A stretch of 64,000 nucleotides of DNA from Spironucleus salmonicida (GCF_000497125.1 NC_090597.1:383797-447796), one strand, 5' to 3'; shown: positions 1 through 14,299, counted from the stretch's first letter. Notes: generated by a model not told the origin, from the sequence alone. Numbers and translations: made by a program.

Positions 1-170
1 AAGAAAAAAAATGAAATACTACTATTTAGATATAAATATATAAACTTTAAAAGCTATCATTTTTACTTTCGCACAATACTAGTGATTATAAGTAAACATA
101 AGTAAGCAAATAATATCATTTATATTAATTCGTATATATAAATATATATGCCGTTTCTAGGATTTATTAA

Positions 171-1715
171 ATGGACTCGTACATCTGCCCTACAAAAACC
201 TGCCCAGAAGGCACTGTTTGCCCAACCACTGATAAATTAAAGCCATAAATTTGTCAAGCATGCGAAATATTCAACTGCAAGAGGTGCTAGGCGTATTCAC
301 GGGGCAAGTGTTAAGCATGCCGATATGGGTACTACTTAGAGAATAATGCGTGCAAGCCGTGCAAAGACAACTGTGAAAATTGTGACAGCCGCGGATGCTT
401 CAACTGCATCCCAGGATACTTAGTTAAAGATGGTTAGTGTGTTAAATGCGTGTAGGACTGCAACATCTGTTTTGGGGAGTGGGCATGCAAAGAATGCAAC
501 CAGGGATTTTTTAAAGATAGATTCTATAATTGTTAGCCCTGCGCCCCAGGTTGCAGCGAATGCACTAGTAAATGGTCATGTAGCCGATGCTTACCTGACC
601 ATAATTTTATAAATAAAGTGTGCCAGAAATGTCCAGAAAACTGTATAAACTGTGAAGATGATAAATGTTATGAGTGTGTAGAGGGTTACAGAGCAATAGA
701 TGATGTATGTCAGCCTTGCCAAGTAAACTGCAAAAAATGCTCCAGCTACTAAGAATGCTAAATTTGCAAAGATGGCTATTTACTTGATAAGATGGCTAAT
801 ACGTGCACGTTCTGTAAGGCCAACTGCCGCGCATGTTTGTCGAAGGATGTATGCGGGCTCTGCAAAGACCACCACGATCTGGTTGACGGTGAGTGCGTTC
901 CGAGCGAATGCAACACAAATAACCTCTGCGGACCTACCTAGTTCTGTGATGCTAAGAGTACTGGATCGACTTGCATTAACTGCATGGAAGGATGCGCTAC
1001 TTGTAATAGCGCAGAGGTTTGCAGTAGATGCTCAACTGGCTACTTGAAATAGGATGACCGCTGTGTGAAATGTTCTCAAAATTGCTAGCAATGTTCGGTA
1101 GTTGATACATGTAATTAGTGTTTAACAGGATATAGATTCACCAATGATTAATAGTGCGTAAAGGATTAGTGCGAAGATAAAAGAGGTTGTCCTTAGGGTA
1201 AGAGCTGTAAAGAACTTGATTCTGGAAATATATGTATTTAATGTCCTGATTTATGCAATGTTTGCTCTGACACAGACACTTGCACAGAATGTTTAAATTA
1301 TGCACGGTTTTCGTCTGATGGAAATTGTGTCGACGATTAATGCCAATAAAATATTAGCTAGTTCGCTGGATTTTACTGCAAGGTATAAGATAATGGTAAT
1401 AGTTGGGAGTAGTGTCCTGCTAATTGCTTCACCTGTGATAGCAAAACTGTGTGCACCTAATGCAAAGATAATGCTCCTCCTGTAGACGGAGTCTGTGTTA
1501 TCTAAAACAACTAAATAAGTAACGGATCTATAATCGGAATCGTTGTTGGTATAATAGCCGCAGTCGGTGTTATTATTGGTGGAGTAGTCTATGCTGTTTT
1601 AATGAAGAAAAAATCTAATTTTGTTTAAAAGAATAATGATGCGACAACTAATAAGTAAAACATATAGTACTAAATTGTTGAATCAGCTACAATGCTTGGG
1701 TAAACTAAATAATGA
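171..1715 (+). CDS. Cysteine-rich membrane protein (CRMP, VSP-like), 514 aa, long cytoplasmic tail
   Basis: Table 6 ORF MDSYICPTKTCPEGTVC... with many CxxC/GY furin-like repeats; C-terminal TM IIGIVVGIIAAVGVIIGGVVYAVL then MKKKS...; ends TGA 1713-1715. In-frame TAA/TAG read as Gln. Confidence 0.9.
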
Positions 1716-1989
1716 ATTACAATATACTGCATTTTAATATATATCTTTACCATTTCAAACGGAATTTGTATTTCCCTATCCTCTTAGCACGCCTTTAAGT
1801 CTATTATCCCAAAACGCAAAACACCCAACTTCTGAAATCCTCACCAACTAAACACTAAACTAATGAATATTTACATCAAACCTCTCATTTCCATCATTAC
1901 TCCCTCCACTTCATCACCCTTTATCGCCTTACAGCCTTAGCCCTCCTAAAATCCCAGAAAACTCAATAAAAAGCACCCAACACGACCGA

Positions 1990-3490
1990 TTTAACTACCA
2001 GAGAAATTTCTGCCACTGCCAAAGCAGACAAATAATTACTTTCATCCGCACTTGCAAAGCAAAAAGTTCCTACTGCAACAGCACCATCAGCGCAATTAGT
2101 GCACACATCATTTCCAACTCTGCATCCTGATAAGCATAATTGCACATATTGCTGTACTCAGTTGCGTAATTATCCTATTTTTTCAACATTAAATCCGCAA
2201 ATTCCTTTATATCAGGTCTTAAAATGGCAAAAAAATACTACCAGCACTGCGCAAATGGCGATGAAATTCCGTGTAAATTCTGTAGTTCGCAGCAGCGCAA
2301 ACCTCGAAGAAGTAAATATCAAATGCGGAAAGTGCATGTTTGCCTATGTAGGCGATAGGAGCGGTTCGTGGACGCGCTATGCGATTAATTGCGTCAAGAA
2401 TGGCGAAAAGTGTGGTAAGTGTGCTAAGTAGAAAACTGTCAGGCCAGGTCGATGGACATAAAAATGTACGTAACGTGCAGAAATAACTTAGTTAGTAACG
2501 GTGGGAAATGCGAGGTATACCGCGATAAAAGGTCAGCGTGCCTGGATAAATTGTGTCACATAGGGGAAAATGCAGATAAATGTAAAAGCTTCGTCGGGAA
2601 TTTTGACCCTAAGGGAGTTCCTGCGTGCATTGAGTACCTGGATGGATTTTTCAGGTCTGAAACTAGGGGTAAGCGTATTTGTGCCGCTTGCTCGAAGAAG
2701 TGCATAGAGTGCAAATCAGTAGAGGTGGGCAATGCCTGCTAGGATGTGTTTGGTGTTGCTGGAGGCAAGTGCACAGCCGGCGAAGATGCTAATCGCAATA
2801 TCTGCTCTGCTGATAATAATAGCTGCGGTATATGCAAAACTGGCTACAAGCTCTTTGGCGGGAAATGCGAGAGGGAGTGCAATGCTTACGATGCCGTCTG
2901 CGCCACCAACCAAATCTGCTTAGGCACCTGCAAAACCTGCTCAGAGAACTGCAAAAGCTGCGTTCCTGGCTTTGCTTTAGATGGCAGTTCATGCGCAGCG
3001 TGCTCTGCAGGATGCGCAGATTGCGCTGGAGACAAGAACGTGTGCAGGATATGCAAGGACTGCTATTTCGGCATCAACGGGGCCTGCTAGTCGTGCTAAA
3101 ATAATGCTACCGCGCAGTGCGAATGCTCTTGGGCAGCTAACTGCGCAACTTGCGATACCGCTAAGTCCGGGACCGGCGGCACCTGCATCGCCGGCTACAA
3201 AATGTCAGCTAGCAACACATGCTTTACCGCATTCAAATGTACCAGTGACGCCTATATGTCCTATTTAGTAACGCTAATACGTGCGTTGCAGAGACTCATT
3301 GCAAATACAGCGAATTTTGCGATATACCAGACTCTGGGAATACTTATATTTGTTTCATGCTTCCTGTGAGAACTCTATTAGCTTAAAGGAGTGTGCAAAA
3401 ATACGTACGATATGAATACAGGTCAGACCTGCACTGGATATAGCGAACCGACCATGGGAGTTTACACGCATACGTGGAAAAATTAGTATT
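1990..3490 (+). pseudogene. Degenerate CRMP pseudogene
   Basis: CxxC-rich frames 2099-2431 and 2452-3369 are out of frame with each other and many Cys are lost. GNFDP..PAC and CAACSAGCADCAGDKNVC modules match the CRMP at 22133; 3300-3490 matches 29225-29420. No TM found. Boundaries approximate. Confidence 0.75.
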
Positions 3491-4675
3491 TATTGTAACA
3501 GCTCATTATAAAACTACCTATATACTGTCCTATTGCTAATAGCTTTTCTACCTACCAGGATATTCCATTATCGGAATACAGCATGCCCAACAATACTTTG
3601 TAAATGTAGAATAGATAATTTAGCGCATGTATGGGTTTCATAGATAATCGTAATTGTATTTTTATAGATGAAAAATTCACTGCTAAGGCTACTAATAAAT
3701 ACGCAATTTTCCCTCCTGGGTATCCCTTGAAAGAATATTTTCATAAAGATTGTGCAGTAGGTAGTGAAAAAGTGGACTATACCTATTTTTAAACGTTAAT
3801 AAGCTCGAATATAAATCTATCAGTCGGATGTTAGCTGAAATTATTATAGTGGCAGTCTCGCTTATTACTTCATTAAGAAAGGAAATAAGTGAGGTTGAAT
3901 GATATACCCTTATAATATGAAAAATTACAGAATTAAATTGACATAATAGGAATTTTAATATCAAACGCTTGATAATATTAATAACTTATATTGCGATTAT
4001 AGAATATGTAGCGATATTGAATTCTCAGATTTTACTTTGGTAGCATTTAAGCGATATTGCAAAAGCTTTTTCTGCTTAAAAGATTAAGTCATGTGAATTG
4101 ATAAAAATTGCATGAATTGCAGTTTCTATCAAATATGATATTTTGATGTTTTTGAAATACGATAGTGCATTAGGGATTATTGGTAGCGAATAGCGAAACA
4201 TGCAAAATTATAGATTTTATTTCTTATGTTTTGATAGAGGTCAATCTTGATAAGGAATTTTTAATTTTCTCACCATCAAAAGTAAGTATTTTTGTTTATG
4301 TTTAATTATCTAATTAACTAGTTTAATGTATAATATTAAAATAATAATTTAAAGATTCTTAGATATATATATGTCGTTATCGAAATATATTCATTGTTAA
4401 TTTAAAAAAGTATAAAAGTTACATTCAAATCTGATATTAGTCATAAAATAATAATAACAGATAGAATATAAAACATAGAATTGCTTTTTTTGTATTTATA
4501 TTGATAATAGTATAAATAAAGTAGGTTATTACTAACTTATAAAGAAGTACGCATGAAATATATGTTTAATGGAAGGTAATATTACTTACTATTTAAAGAT
4601 AAGAAGAAACAAAAACTGATATTACTTATTCATATCCAATATACATATAAGAATATCTATTCCATTTATTTTAAA

Positions 4676-5443
4676 ATGGATAACAAATGTACTTCTGCCG
4701 ACAAGACCACGTGTAGCAATGGATTCTTCTGTCCTGCTGATGTCCCTGAAGAAGAAACTGCATGCACTCCTTGTACTGGAAATACAACTGAAAAATGCTA
4801 GTGCGGTACGGCCGTCAATTGTGCTGTCTGCGACTCTTCAGACTCATCAGAATGCGGAACCTGCTTGGACGGGTACCATCTAACGGATCTTGGCGATTGT
4901 TCAGAGTGCCAATAATACTAATTTATGACGGAAGCCGGCTGCTAGGATTGCGACCGCACGTGCAGTTCCTGCCAGTCAGATGGTAAGAAATGTCTGTATT
5001 GCGCCAATTCGCATATACCTACTATTCAGTAAACTTGTTATCGTGAGTGTGATGCTAATCTACCTCCTGGGTTTGCATGCGAGGATGGATCTCAAAAACC
5101 TTGTGGAGCAAAAACTCAAATTACAGGGTGTAAATGTGCCGGAAAATCAAATTGCTTTACATGTAATTCTGATAATACCTAGTGTGAAACCTGCTTGAAA
5201 GGTTATAAGCTGGTAAATGGTGATTGTTCGGATTGTGTATAAGGCGCAGAAATGATAGGCGAGTTCTGCATTGGTGGTGTATAAGAAGACTTAAATAGCA
5301 GTTTATCTGGAGGTGCAGTTGCTGGAATAGTTATTGCTATTATAGTTATAATCGGAGGCATCGGTGGAGGTGTGTTTTGGTATATCAAAAAATCTAAAAC
5401 TTAGCTTAAAAATGTAGGTTAGGGAGAGGTTATGTAAGAGTGA
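4676..5443 (+). CDS. Cysteine-rich membrane protein, 255 aa
   Basis: [20 protein letters not shown]...[34 protein letters not shown]...E*; stop context GAGTGA. Confidence 0.92.
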
Positions 5444-5529
5444 AATAAAATTGAAAGAAAAGTATACTTTTTGAGGAAATTCGGTACGCCAGCTTTTTTA
5501 TTGATTTCTATTCTATTATTATCATAATA

Positions 5530-8500
5530 TTAATATTTGAAATTTAATATTTGATTTTTCAGAAATCAATTCTATCATTGTTCCATTATTTAAATTATTC
5601 TAGATATATACTGAATTTAAGATTATTAGTTATTAGCGAACTAAAGATACTTTCTAACTAAAACTTACAAAACTCAGCTAGAAATGGTTTACGAAGCTTT
5701 AATAAAACGATATTGAGACTGCAAATACCATTAAGCAATATGTATTATTTCTATACTGTTGAATTATTTTAAATGCCATGAAATTTCATTATTGACATTC
5801 ACTCCTTAATGGATATTATTCCTTTTAGGTAGCTATACTATTAGGTAGATTTCATTCTCTTCTAAACTAACAAATATATTATGTTAATATAATATATAGT
5901 TAATACTAAAAGTGTCATTTTCATGAATTATCTCTAATATTAACTGATATCGTATTTAAGATTGTAATACCTTTAATATCATGCCTAATAACAAGTGAAC
6001 ATTACCATGAAACCTAATACACTTTGACTCTTATATTACTCAAAATATCCTAAATCATCCTATATAAAAAAGCACAATCACATGATATGAAACCCACTTC
6101 CATCCTGCCAGCATCCTGGCAAGACTCTTGACTATTTTAAAATGTCCATATTCTATCATTCAATTTCCAGCAGCACACGTCTGCTATACCTACCAAACTG
6201 AGTTTCTTGGCTCTACCGAATGACCCTTAAACTTGCATATTCGAAGTCCTCTTACCCGTAAATTTATGATTATTCACAGCCCTACTTCTATGAAAATGCT
6301 AATTGTCATCAGTTTACTTGGTACAATCTAAGCAACTCATTAACAAGACACGCTCCAAAACGCGAATCCTAAAATTGCTAAATGCTACAATTTACTGTTA
6401 TGCCTAATATAAAATGCCACATAATGGCAGGTAACTGTATCACCGCGGCATCACTATACTGCCAAACCCTCCATTTCTTGACCCAACTCCGGGTTACTGC
6501 CTGCTGCTTCAATGGGTTAAAGAGAATTAGAACTTGCGAGCAGAAATTTGAATTCAAATAAACGTGTTAATGCGGTTCTATACGGGTATAAATACTCCAC
6601 AATAATAATATTTGCATCATTTTCTGATATTTAGCACCAAACTAATTATTGATTAAACTTTTTTGGTAACCTATGTATGATAAAGATTATTACACCGGGT
6701 AGAATAAAATAAAAGTATACAATGAAGTTATTATAATTTATTTTTCCCCATACTTTAGTTGAATCAGCATCAACTAACTAGATATTTTAACTATTGAACT
6801 TTTGATATGATTAATTAAAAGTGGTCGTTGTTTTTTCTTGACGATGAACATATAACCACAAAGCCTGCAATTCGACCAACCGTAGCTAACACGTCTATAA
6901 CTACATCAATAATATACATAATACTTATTTGGTAGTATGTGAATGTAATATACCATTAGTAAGAGAATAATCAGTTTAACATTTAGATATAACCCTGCAG
7001 AACTAAGTCACAATCAAAAAATGCTAAAAGATCATTTATGGTTTCAAAAAAAAAACACATCATAATTTCATTATTCTGTTACGAACCATAAAGAAATTTA
7101 GCCTTTCGGATACGGATAAATATCATTTTACTCTTTTTTTGGATGGAGGCTTATTACTCTATCTTAAATATTCTTTGCTAATGTTTTGCTTATTATATTT
7201 ATCATTTATAAGTTAAATGTATTGCGATTGAGTTTAGAGTTTGACAGATTTATTATTCTATTATACTATTTTATAGTTTAGATTTTATATTTATTTTACT
7301 TGTTATTTAAGAAAATATGTATTATCGTAACTAGGATTATTTTTTATTAAACGTATAAGATTAGGTTTCTGCTATCGTATTTTAATATTGATAATTATAT
7401 TTTTGTTATATTATTTTAGTTCTTATTCAATTTATTTGCATAGCATTTATTGCGACGTCAGGATTTTCTTAATATTAGAGTTTCACTTATTAGTATGAAA
7501 AATGATTCAAATACATAAAACGCCATATTGAATTTGAAAGTTCATACCATTGAATTATTTTCATATTGCAAACCGTTGAAACACAATCGCATACGCGCTC
7601 ATATTTCTCACGACCCACTGTAGCCTAAATGAACTTTTTAATTATAATAAAACAGCTTTACAAAATAATTTTTAAATTATGCAAAATCTAAATTTCTGTA
7701 GCATTAAAAGGCGCAAGAGAAATATGAAAAGTAATAGGGTACATTTTGCTTTTGTTAAAATAAATTTTTCATAATTGGTTTTTGAAACTGAGATCGATCA
7801 GGGACTTTTTGATTCTCTCTATGCTATTTATTACTATGTGGTTGTACGGTTTCAGCTATTAATTAAAACTTCGCTATTTGTTAATTGTTCTCATAAAATA
7901 TACTAAATAATAATTACGCACATTTTTAAATAGCATATGGTAATTTAGAGCTATTAAGTAATTAGTTTGTGTCTGTTATACTAAACTATTTTGTGCTCAA
8001 CTATTTATTAATACAAGTAATCCTGAAAAATCAATATAATGCAAAAGCCTAGTTAATTCGCTTAAAACGAATTAGAATAAGCAAGTTACATCCAAAGTTT
8101 AACACAAATCAGCGAGAAATATATTTTGTGTACATTTAACTTCTTATAAAATATGAAATTTATATCTAAACTAATTTATTTTTCTAATTGACATAATTTA
8201 GCTATTAATACCAATTTTTAGCAAATTGCATCTTTTAACCTATTCTATTAAGTATTGTTATTAATGAGAGTATACTATAACCAAGCATCAGAAATTATTC
8301 AATCACTATATCCAATTGGTTCATTATTTATAATTCACTAAATATATTATAATAAATGAAGTAACTATAATCTGTTTGTATCTTATCATATGTGTATAAT
8401 AATTATAAAATGAACCACCAAATTATATTTTACAAAAGCAATATTACATATGTATAAACTGATAATTCATTAAATGAAAAGTCTGTTAACCTGAAAGTGT

Positions 8501-8810
8501 TTATTAGATAGATATAGGTTAATTTATGAAGTTTCTGTAATAATTAAGTATTTAAATATAACCATTTATATTAATATAATCTATTTTTATATAAGTATAT
8601 CCAATCTGTGATTTAATAATTATATATTACTACAATTAATATAGTATTATTGCTGTTTAAAAACTAAAACTCATATCATCATTTACATCAAGTTTAATAT
8701 AATATTTCGAAGTTCTATTTTCAGAAAATGACCGAAACTGGGACTTGCTCAAATACCGTCCTCAACTGCAAGGCTGGATATTTTTGCCCTGCAGAAGATT
8801 CAACGACCGT
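5530..8810 (+). repeat. Segmental duplication copy A (intergenic spacer + CRMP 5' end); copy B at ~29897-33189
   Basis: Collinear direct repeat with ~24.4 kb offset; long near-identical stretches by eye (e.g. 7880-8810 vs 32260-33189). Confidence 0.95.
6740..6940 (-). pseudogene. Relic of a CRMP transmembrane/tail segment
   Basis: Minus strand reads QISIMYIIDVVIDVLATVGRIAGFVV/YMFIVKKKQ with a frameshift, resembling QISNGSIIGIVVGIIAAVGVIIGGVVYAVLMKKKS of the 171-1715 gene. Confidence 0.55.
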
Positions 8811-10551
8811 AGAATGTCAACCGTGCTAGGAATATATGGAATATGGTTAAAGTTGCTACTGTGAAGATACCAAACCAATAAAGAACTGTCAAGCATGTAC
8901 GGGCAAGCAGTGCTCTACATGCGTGCGTAATACATTTTTATAAAATAACAAATGTGAAGACTGTCCTTTTTTCTGCGATACCTGTGCAGACCCCAATTCT
9001 TGCATTACGTGCTCCAATGGCTACAAAAGAAATCCAGAAACCAAACTTTGTGAGGTAACCTGTCAAAACTCAGATACATGTGCCGCCAACAAAAACGGTT
9101 TCTGTAATCCAGCAACACTAACGTGTTAATCTTGCATTCATAATTGCGTGTTATGCTCTTCAACAACAATTTGCGATGTCTGCGAGCCTAATGAATTTGT
9201 CACTACAGTAGAAGGATAATGTACTAAGAAATGCGAAAATATTGATAACGGAAATTACTGTGAAAATGGTGTTCCAACGGCGTGTGGTGAAGGTCTGACT
9301 TCGGAATGCAAATGTGACGATGCTAAAAATTGTGCCTCTTGCACTCCTACCAAAAACAAGTGCGCAACCTGTTTGCCGAATTGGAAATTAAACGAAGCTG
9401 GCGAATGTGCAGATTGCGAGGATGGATTTTCGCTTGTAAACAAAAATTGCGTACTCTGCACATCAACCTAAACTACTGCCTGCACATGTTCAACCGCCAA
9501 AAACTGCTAGACCTGCGATGCTGAAATGAGTAAATGCAAAACATGCATCGGCAATTTTGACCCCTCCGGACCCATCCCTTGCTCGAAATGCAAGGACAAA
9601 TTCTTCGAGGACACTTCTAAAACCCCACACGAGTGTGTAACCTGCCATGCGACCTGCACAACCTGCTCTTCAAGCTCCGTTTGCACCGCTTGTGCTGATG
9701 GATTTTCGCTCGAATCAAATGACTGCGTATCCTGCACAGATGCAAACTGCAAGACCTGTCTAGCGAGTAAAGATGAGTGTACGGCCTGTAAATTCGGCTT
9801 TATCATGGAAAACTAAAAATGTGCAGCCTGTCCCAGCGACTGCGCGAACTGCGACGGCGATAAAAATATTTGTAAAGTTTGCAATAACAGTTTTTTCGCC
9901 AAAGATGGAACCTGTACTGCTTGTGATGGAAACAAAACGGAAAAGTGCACGTGCGGGGAAGCAGTTAACTGTGCTACCTGCGATACTTCTGATTAGCCAA
10001 AGTGCGGACACTGCATTATTGGCTATTAAAAGGATGACGATGGTGCCTGCTCCACCTGCTCCGACGGCTATCTAATGATAAACATGGTCTGCACAAAATG
10101 CGAGTCAAACTGCGCAACGTGCTCTAAAAGCCTCGAGAAGTGCGATACATGCGCCAATTTGCACACAATGAGCATTAAGTATACGTGCGAGAAGAACTGT
10201 TCTACAGCACTGGAAGATGGAAACGCCTGCATCGGTACTGAAAGTGCTCCTTGTGGAAGTGAAGGGCAGATAACGGAGTGCAAGTGTTCAAATGTTAAAA
10301 ATTGCCTCACATGTAATGCTAGTAAGACTAAGTGCGGCTCCTGTCTGTCAGGATACAAATTTGAGTTTGATGAATGTAATTAATGCGAAGATGGGGCTGA
10401 ACAGACTGGAACCTTCTGCTTCGCCACCAGAAAGGAATCTGGCAACCTCTCAGGCGGTGCGGTGACTGGAATTGTGATTGCTGTTTTAGTGGTAGCAGGT
10501 GGTGTCGGCGGTGGTCTGGCGTATTACTTCATCAAGAAAGGAAAGAAGTGA
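8728..10551 (+). CDS. Cysteine-rich membrane protein (CRMP1-type, KKGKK tail), 607 aa
   Basis: [21 protein letters not shown]...[36 protein letters not shown]; the short basic tail fits [KR][KR]x[KR][KR]. Confidence 0.93.
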
Positions 10552-11352
10552 AAAATATTGTAATATGTAATTGATTGGAATGTGAAATTTTCAAACTAGG
10601 TTTTGTAATAGTAATTTTTTAAGTAATACCCTCTTTGAAACCTTATAGATCTAATTATTTTGCATAATACAATAAATAGAGTCAGCATAGTTTAAAAATT
10701 TTGAATCCCAAAATTTTAGTTGTAGCGTAATATATGCTTCAGCATAACGTATTAATAACGTAAAAGAATAAAAACTTCAATTACAATTTATCCAGTTTCA
10801 TGAATAGATGATATTGAAATCTCGTGAAATATTGTTGGTATGGTAGTGATACTTTGGGAGCAAGTACTGTTAATATGCTAAATTATAGGTTTGATACTAT
10901 AGGTGCAGCATCATAGATTCTGTGCAAATGGTGGTAAATCTAATACTAGTTACATTATGCATCGTGATCTATCCATTTTTGTTTGTATTCTAATATAGTT
11001 AAAATATATTATATTAGTGCTAGTTTTATAAAATTGAAAGATGCTGATTATATATGGTTATTACCATATTAAGGAAATGTGGATTTGCAAAACTGTTAAA
11101 GGTGTTACCCGAATCTAACATCAGACATCGATTATTAATAACAAAGAGAAAAAACATAAAATTTGTTTTTTGTGCCCATTGTTAGGAATACTATAAGTAA
11201 ACTAGGTTTGTGTTAATATCTAAATTTTTAACTAAAATATATTTATATAAACATATAATTAGTTATAATGTAAAAATAGAAAGAAACAGCAACTCATATT
11301 CCCTATGCATACGCATTATATATATAAAGCTAACTATTCCATTTATTTTAAA

Positions 11353-12117
11353 ATGAGTAACAAATGTACTTCTACCGACAAGACCACGTGTAGCAATGGA
11401 TTCTTCTGTCCTGCTCATGTCCCTGAAGAAGAAACTGCATGCACTTCTTGTACTGGAAATACAACTGAAAAATGCTAGTGCGGTACATCTGTCAATTGTG
11501 CTACCTGCGACTCTTCAGACTCATCAAAATGCAACACCTGCACCGCCGGATTCGCTAAAAGTAGTTCAGGTGTGTGTGACTTGTGCTTGAATGGCTACTT
11601 CTACCTCAATAATACCTGTGCGAAGTGCAGCTCCTCCTGCAAGACCTGCATGAACATCGCTGAAACGTGCACCTCCTGCAATGATAATTTTACAATGAGC
11701 GTCAACCAGACCTGCGAGGCGAACTGTTTCGAGGATCTTCCTGACGGAAACGCGTGTATTTCACAGATGGTAGAGGTCTGTGGAAATACTTCATAGATCA
11801 CCTCCTGCAAATGCTAAACTGCGTTTAATTGCTTCGAGTGCGATAACGAGGATACTACAAAGTGCAAGTCGTGCATGAAAGGATTCAAATTCGAAGATGG
11901 GCTCTGCACTAGTTGTGACGACGGTTACGATAGCCTGGGGAAGTTTTGCTTCGCGTATGAAGAAAATTCAAGCAGAAATCTTTCCGGTGGTGCAGTAGTA
12001 GGTATTGTAATAGCAGTTATGGTGGTGGTTGGAGGAGTCGCCGGTGGCGTGTTCTGGTTCATGAAGAAGTCCAAAGTTAATTAGGAAATAGAGAAATAGA
12101 ATTTTAGCAGGGAGTGA
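11353..12117 (+). CDS. Cysteine-rich membrane protein, 254 aa
   Basis: [20 protein letters not shown]...LSGGAVVGIVIAVMVVVGGVAGGVFWFMKKSKVNQEIEKQNFSRE*. Confidence 0.92.
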
Positions 12118-14299
12118 TACATTACTTGATATCATGATTTAGGGGAAATATGGTGACATTAAAGTTTAAAGTATTCTAGAGGGATAAATTACAAATGTGT
12201 ATTATATTTCTGAGCCGAGTTAGACTTTGTTTGGGACGACTGAGCATATGTTTCTATTGGTGATGAGGAAACATTGGGTGCACAAACCTGATATTGCTAA
12301 ATTTGAAAAGTTAATATTAGCCAATATAATTAATTTTGTAAATTTAACAAGCTCGAGTGTTTTCCAATAATACTTATCAGCACAGAAATAAATTGTGAAC
12401 TTCTATTTCATGCTGAATTAGGAGTTCTAGGTCTGACCTTGTTTTGGTGAGCATAGCCCAATACCAATTTTGGAAAAATACGCTGATTGTTTCGCTAAAT
12501 TTGTGATTTGCGTTTCACATGCACTTCAGGTATACCAGTTACCAATACTATGGATTGGTATAAAATATTAACTTTAGGTTTTCCTAATCAAAAAAGTTTC
12601 ATCATTAATGTATTAGTATATTAATATATATGAATAAAACTGCAATACCTTAAAACGCCAATCACATGAAGTCACATGTCTTACCCTAGCGCCAGCTGGC
12701 CGTCCAGTCAGTCCAACCGCTCATCCAGCCCATATAACTCAACCTTCATCTTGGAGTGGGCCTCGAAGAACGGCTTGGCGATGGAAAACGGAATTACACG
12801 CCTCGTGGTGTGCCTGTTATCATGGCTTAGGTCTATGCGCGAGAAATTATACAGGTTCGTCTCGCTATGTAGATGCATTCATACCGCGTGGAACGTCATT
12901 CTCGATGACCTCAATGAGCTGATATTGTTAATTATATGGTTATGACTTGTTTATGCTTTGTTGTTTTTCGTAGTTAGTTTGCTATTAAATTCACCTTGCT
13001 GAAGTAGAAAAAAAATTTAAGTAAAAATACAAAGTAAAATATTATTATATATAAACTACATTGTTATATTTCCTAAATTAAACAAGGTTTATAGCAATCG
13101 TACGCTAGACAGCTGTAGCTGTAAACGATATCATGTTTAATAATGTCCAGATCTAGCATTGAAGCTTAATTCGTTAGGTATCTCCAGGTAGAACTATAGT
13201 TGGCTCCAAGCTAACCAATTAGCTATTATGGCACCGCCCTGACACCATGACAAGCCCTGAAGCATTATTACGCAAGCCACAGTAAATTAAGGATGCAAGG
13301 TATTTCTTCATTATTCTATCTCCATGCTATAAGCGCACATTCTTTCATACGAATTTTTGATATTATGTGCTGGTGGCTAGCGCTATCAATCTCGAAAGTT
13401 CAATAGAACTAGGGTATATTTTAGTATCCTCTTCTCCATCAGGCGCACCAATTAGCAGCCAAAGAACCCAAATATTACATGATGGGATAGGCACTATTCA
13501 CTTGTTTGACAATCTACCATATTTATTTCAATATTGATACTCACTGAACTGTAAAGCTTTGCATGCAATGGTAAGCAGGATACAAAGTACATGATGGCAG
13601 GCATGTTACTTATGCAACATTTCGTAACAAACTAAATATCCATATAGGTATATGAATATAATAGCCAGAAAAATGAAAATTGCGTATTACTTGCCTGGGT
13701 GCGTGCTTGGCTATGGTAGGCTTGAACAACGATTCTCTTACCGAGAGAGTCTACTAAAGCTATTTGATGGGACCAGCTTATTGATAATGCTTGGTAGAAT
13801 CACGAGCGAATCAAATTTATCCACCTGAAGAGCCCACTGACATACAATTACTATCGTATTCCTGTCTGGTCATGCCCAGCTGGTGCATATCCACTTAGTC
13901 TCGAATCTTGCGTCGACCTGTATGCATTCGGTACAGTAGCTAGAAAACTAGCTCCCTGAGACGTTTACTATGTTAACCTAAGACAAGGAGAGCTTTCGGC
14001 TAGAATATTAAAGTAAGCGCATTCACCCCTACTTAAATCATCTAGTGCAATACCTACCACAACCCACCTACCTGTATTTTACGTGTTATTCCCAGACGCT
14101 AAATACGCTCACAGACTGCTCGCAAAGTTGTTCGTAAATCGTGAAATTTTTAACAATTACCGAGTCATTCACTGCATAGCTGTTAATATAGTAGTACGCT
14201 AACCCTACCCAACATCTCCAATTACTCCCAACACGCGAACCACACGGCCAGAAATCGCCCACGACCTATTTGATTCACCTAAGTATCCCTCTAAATCTT

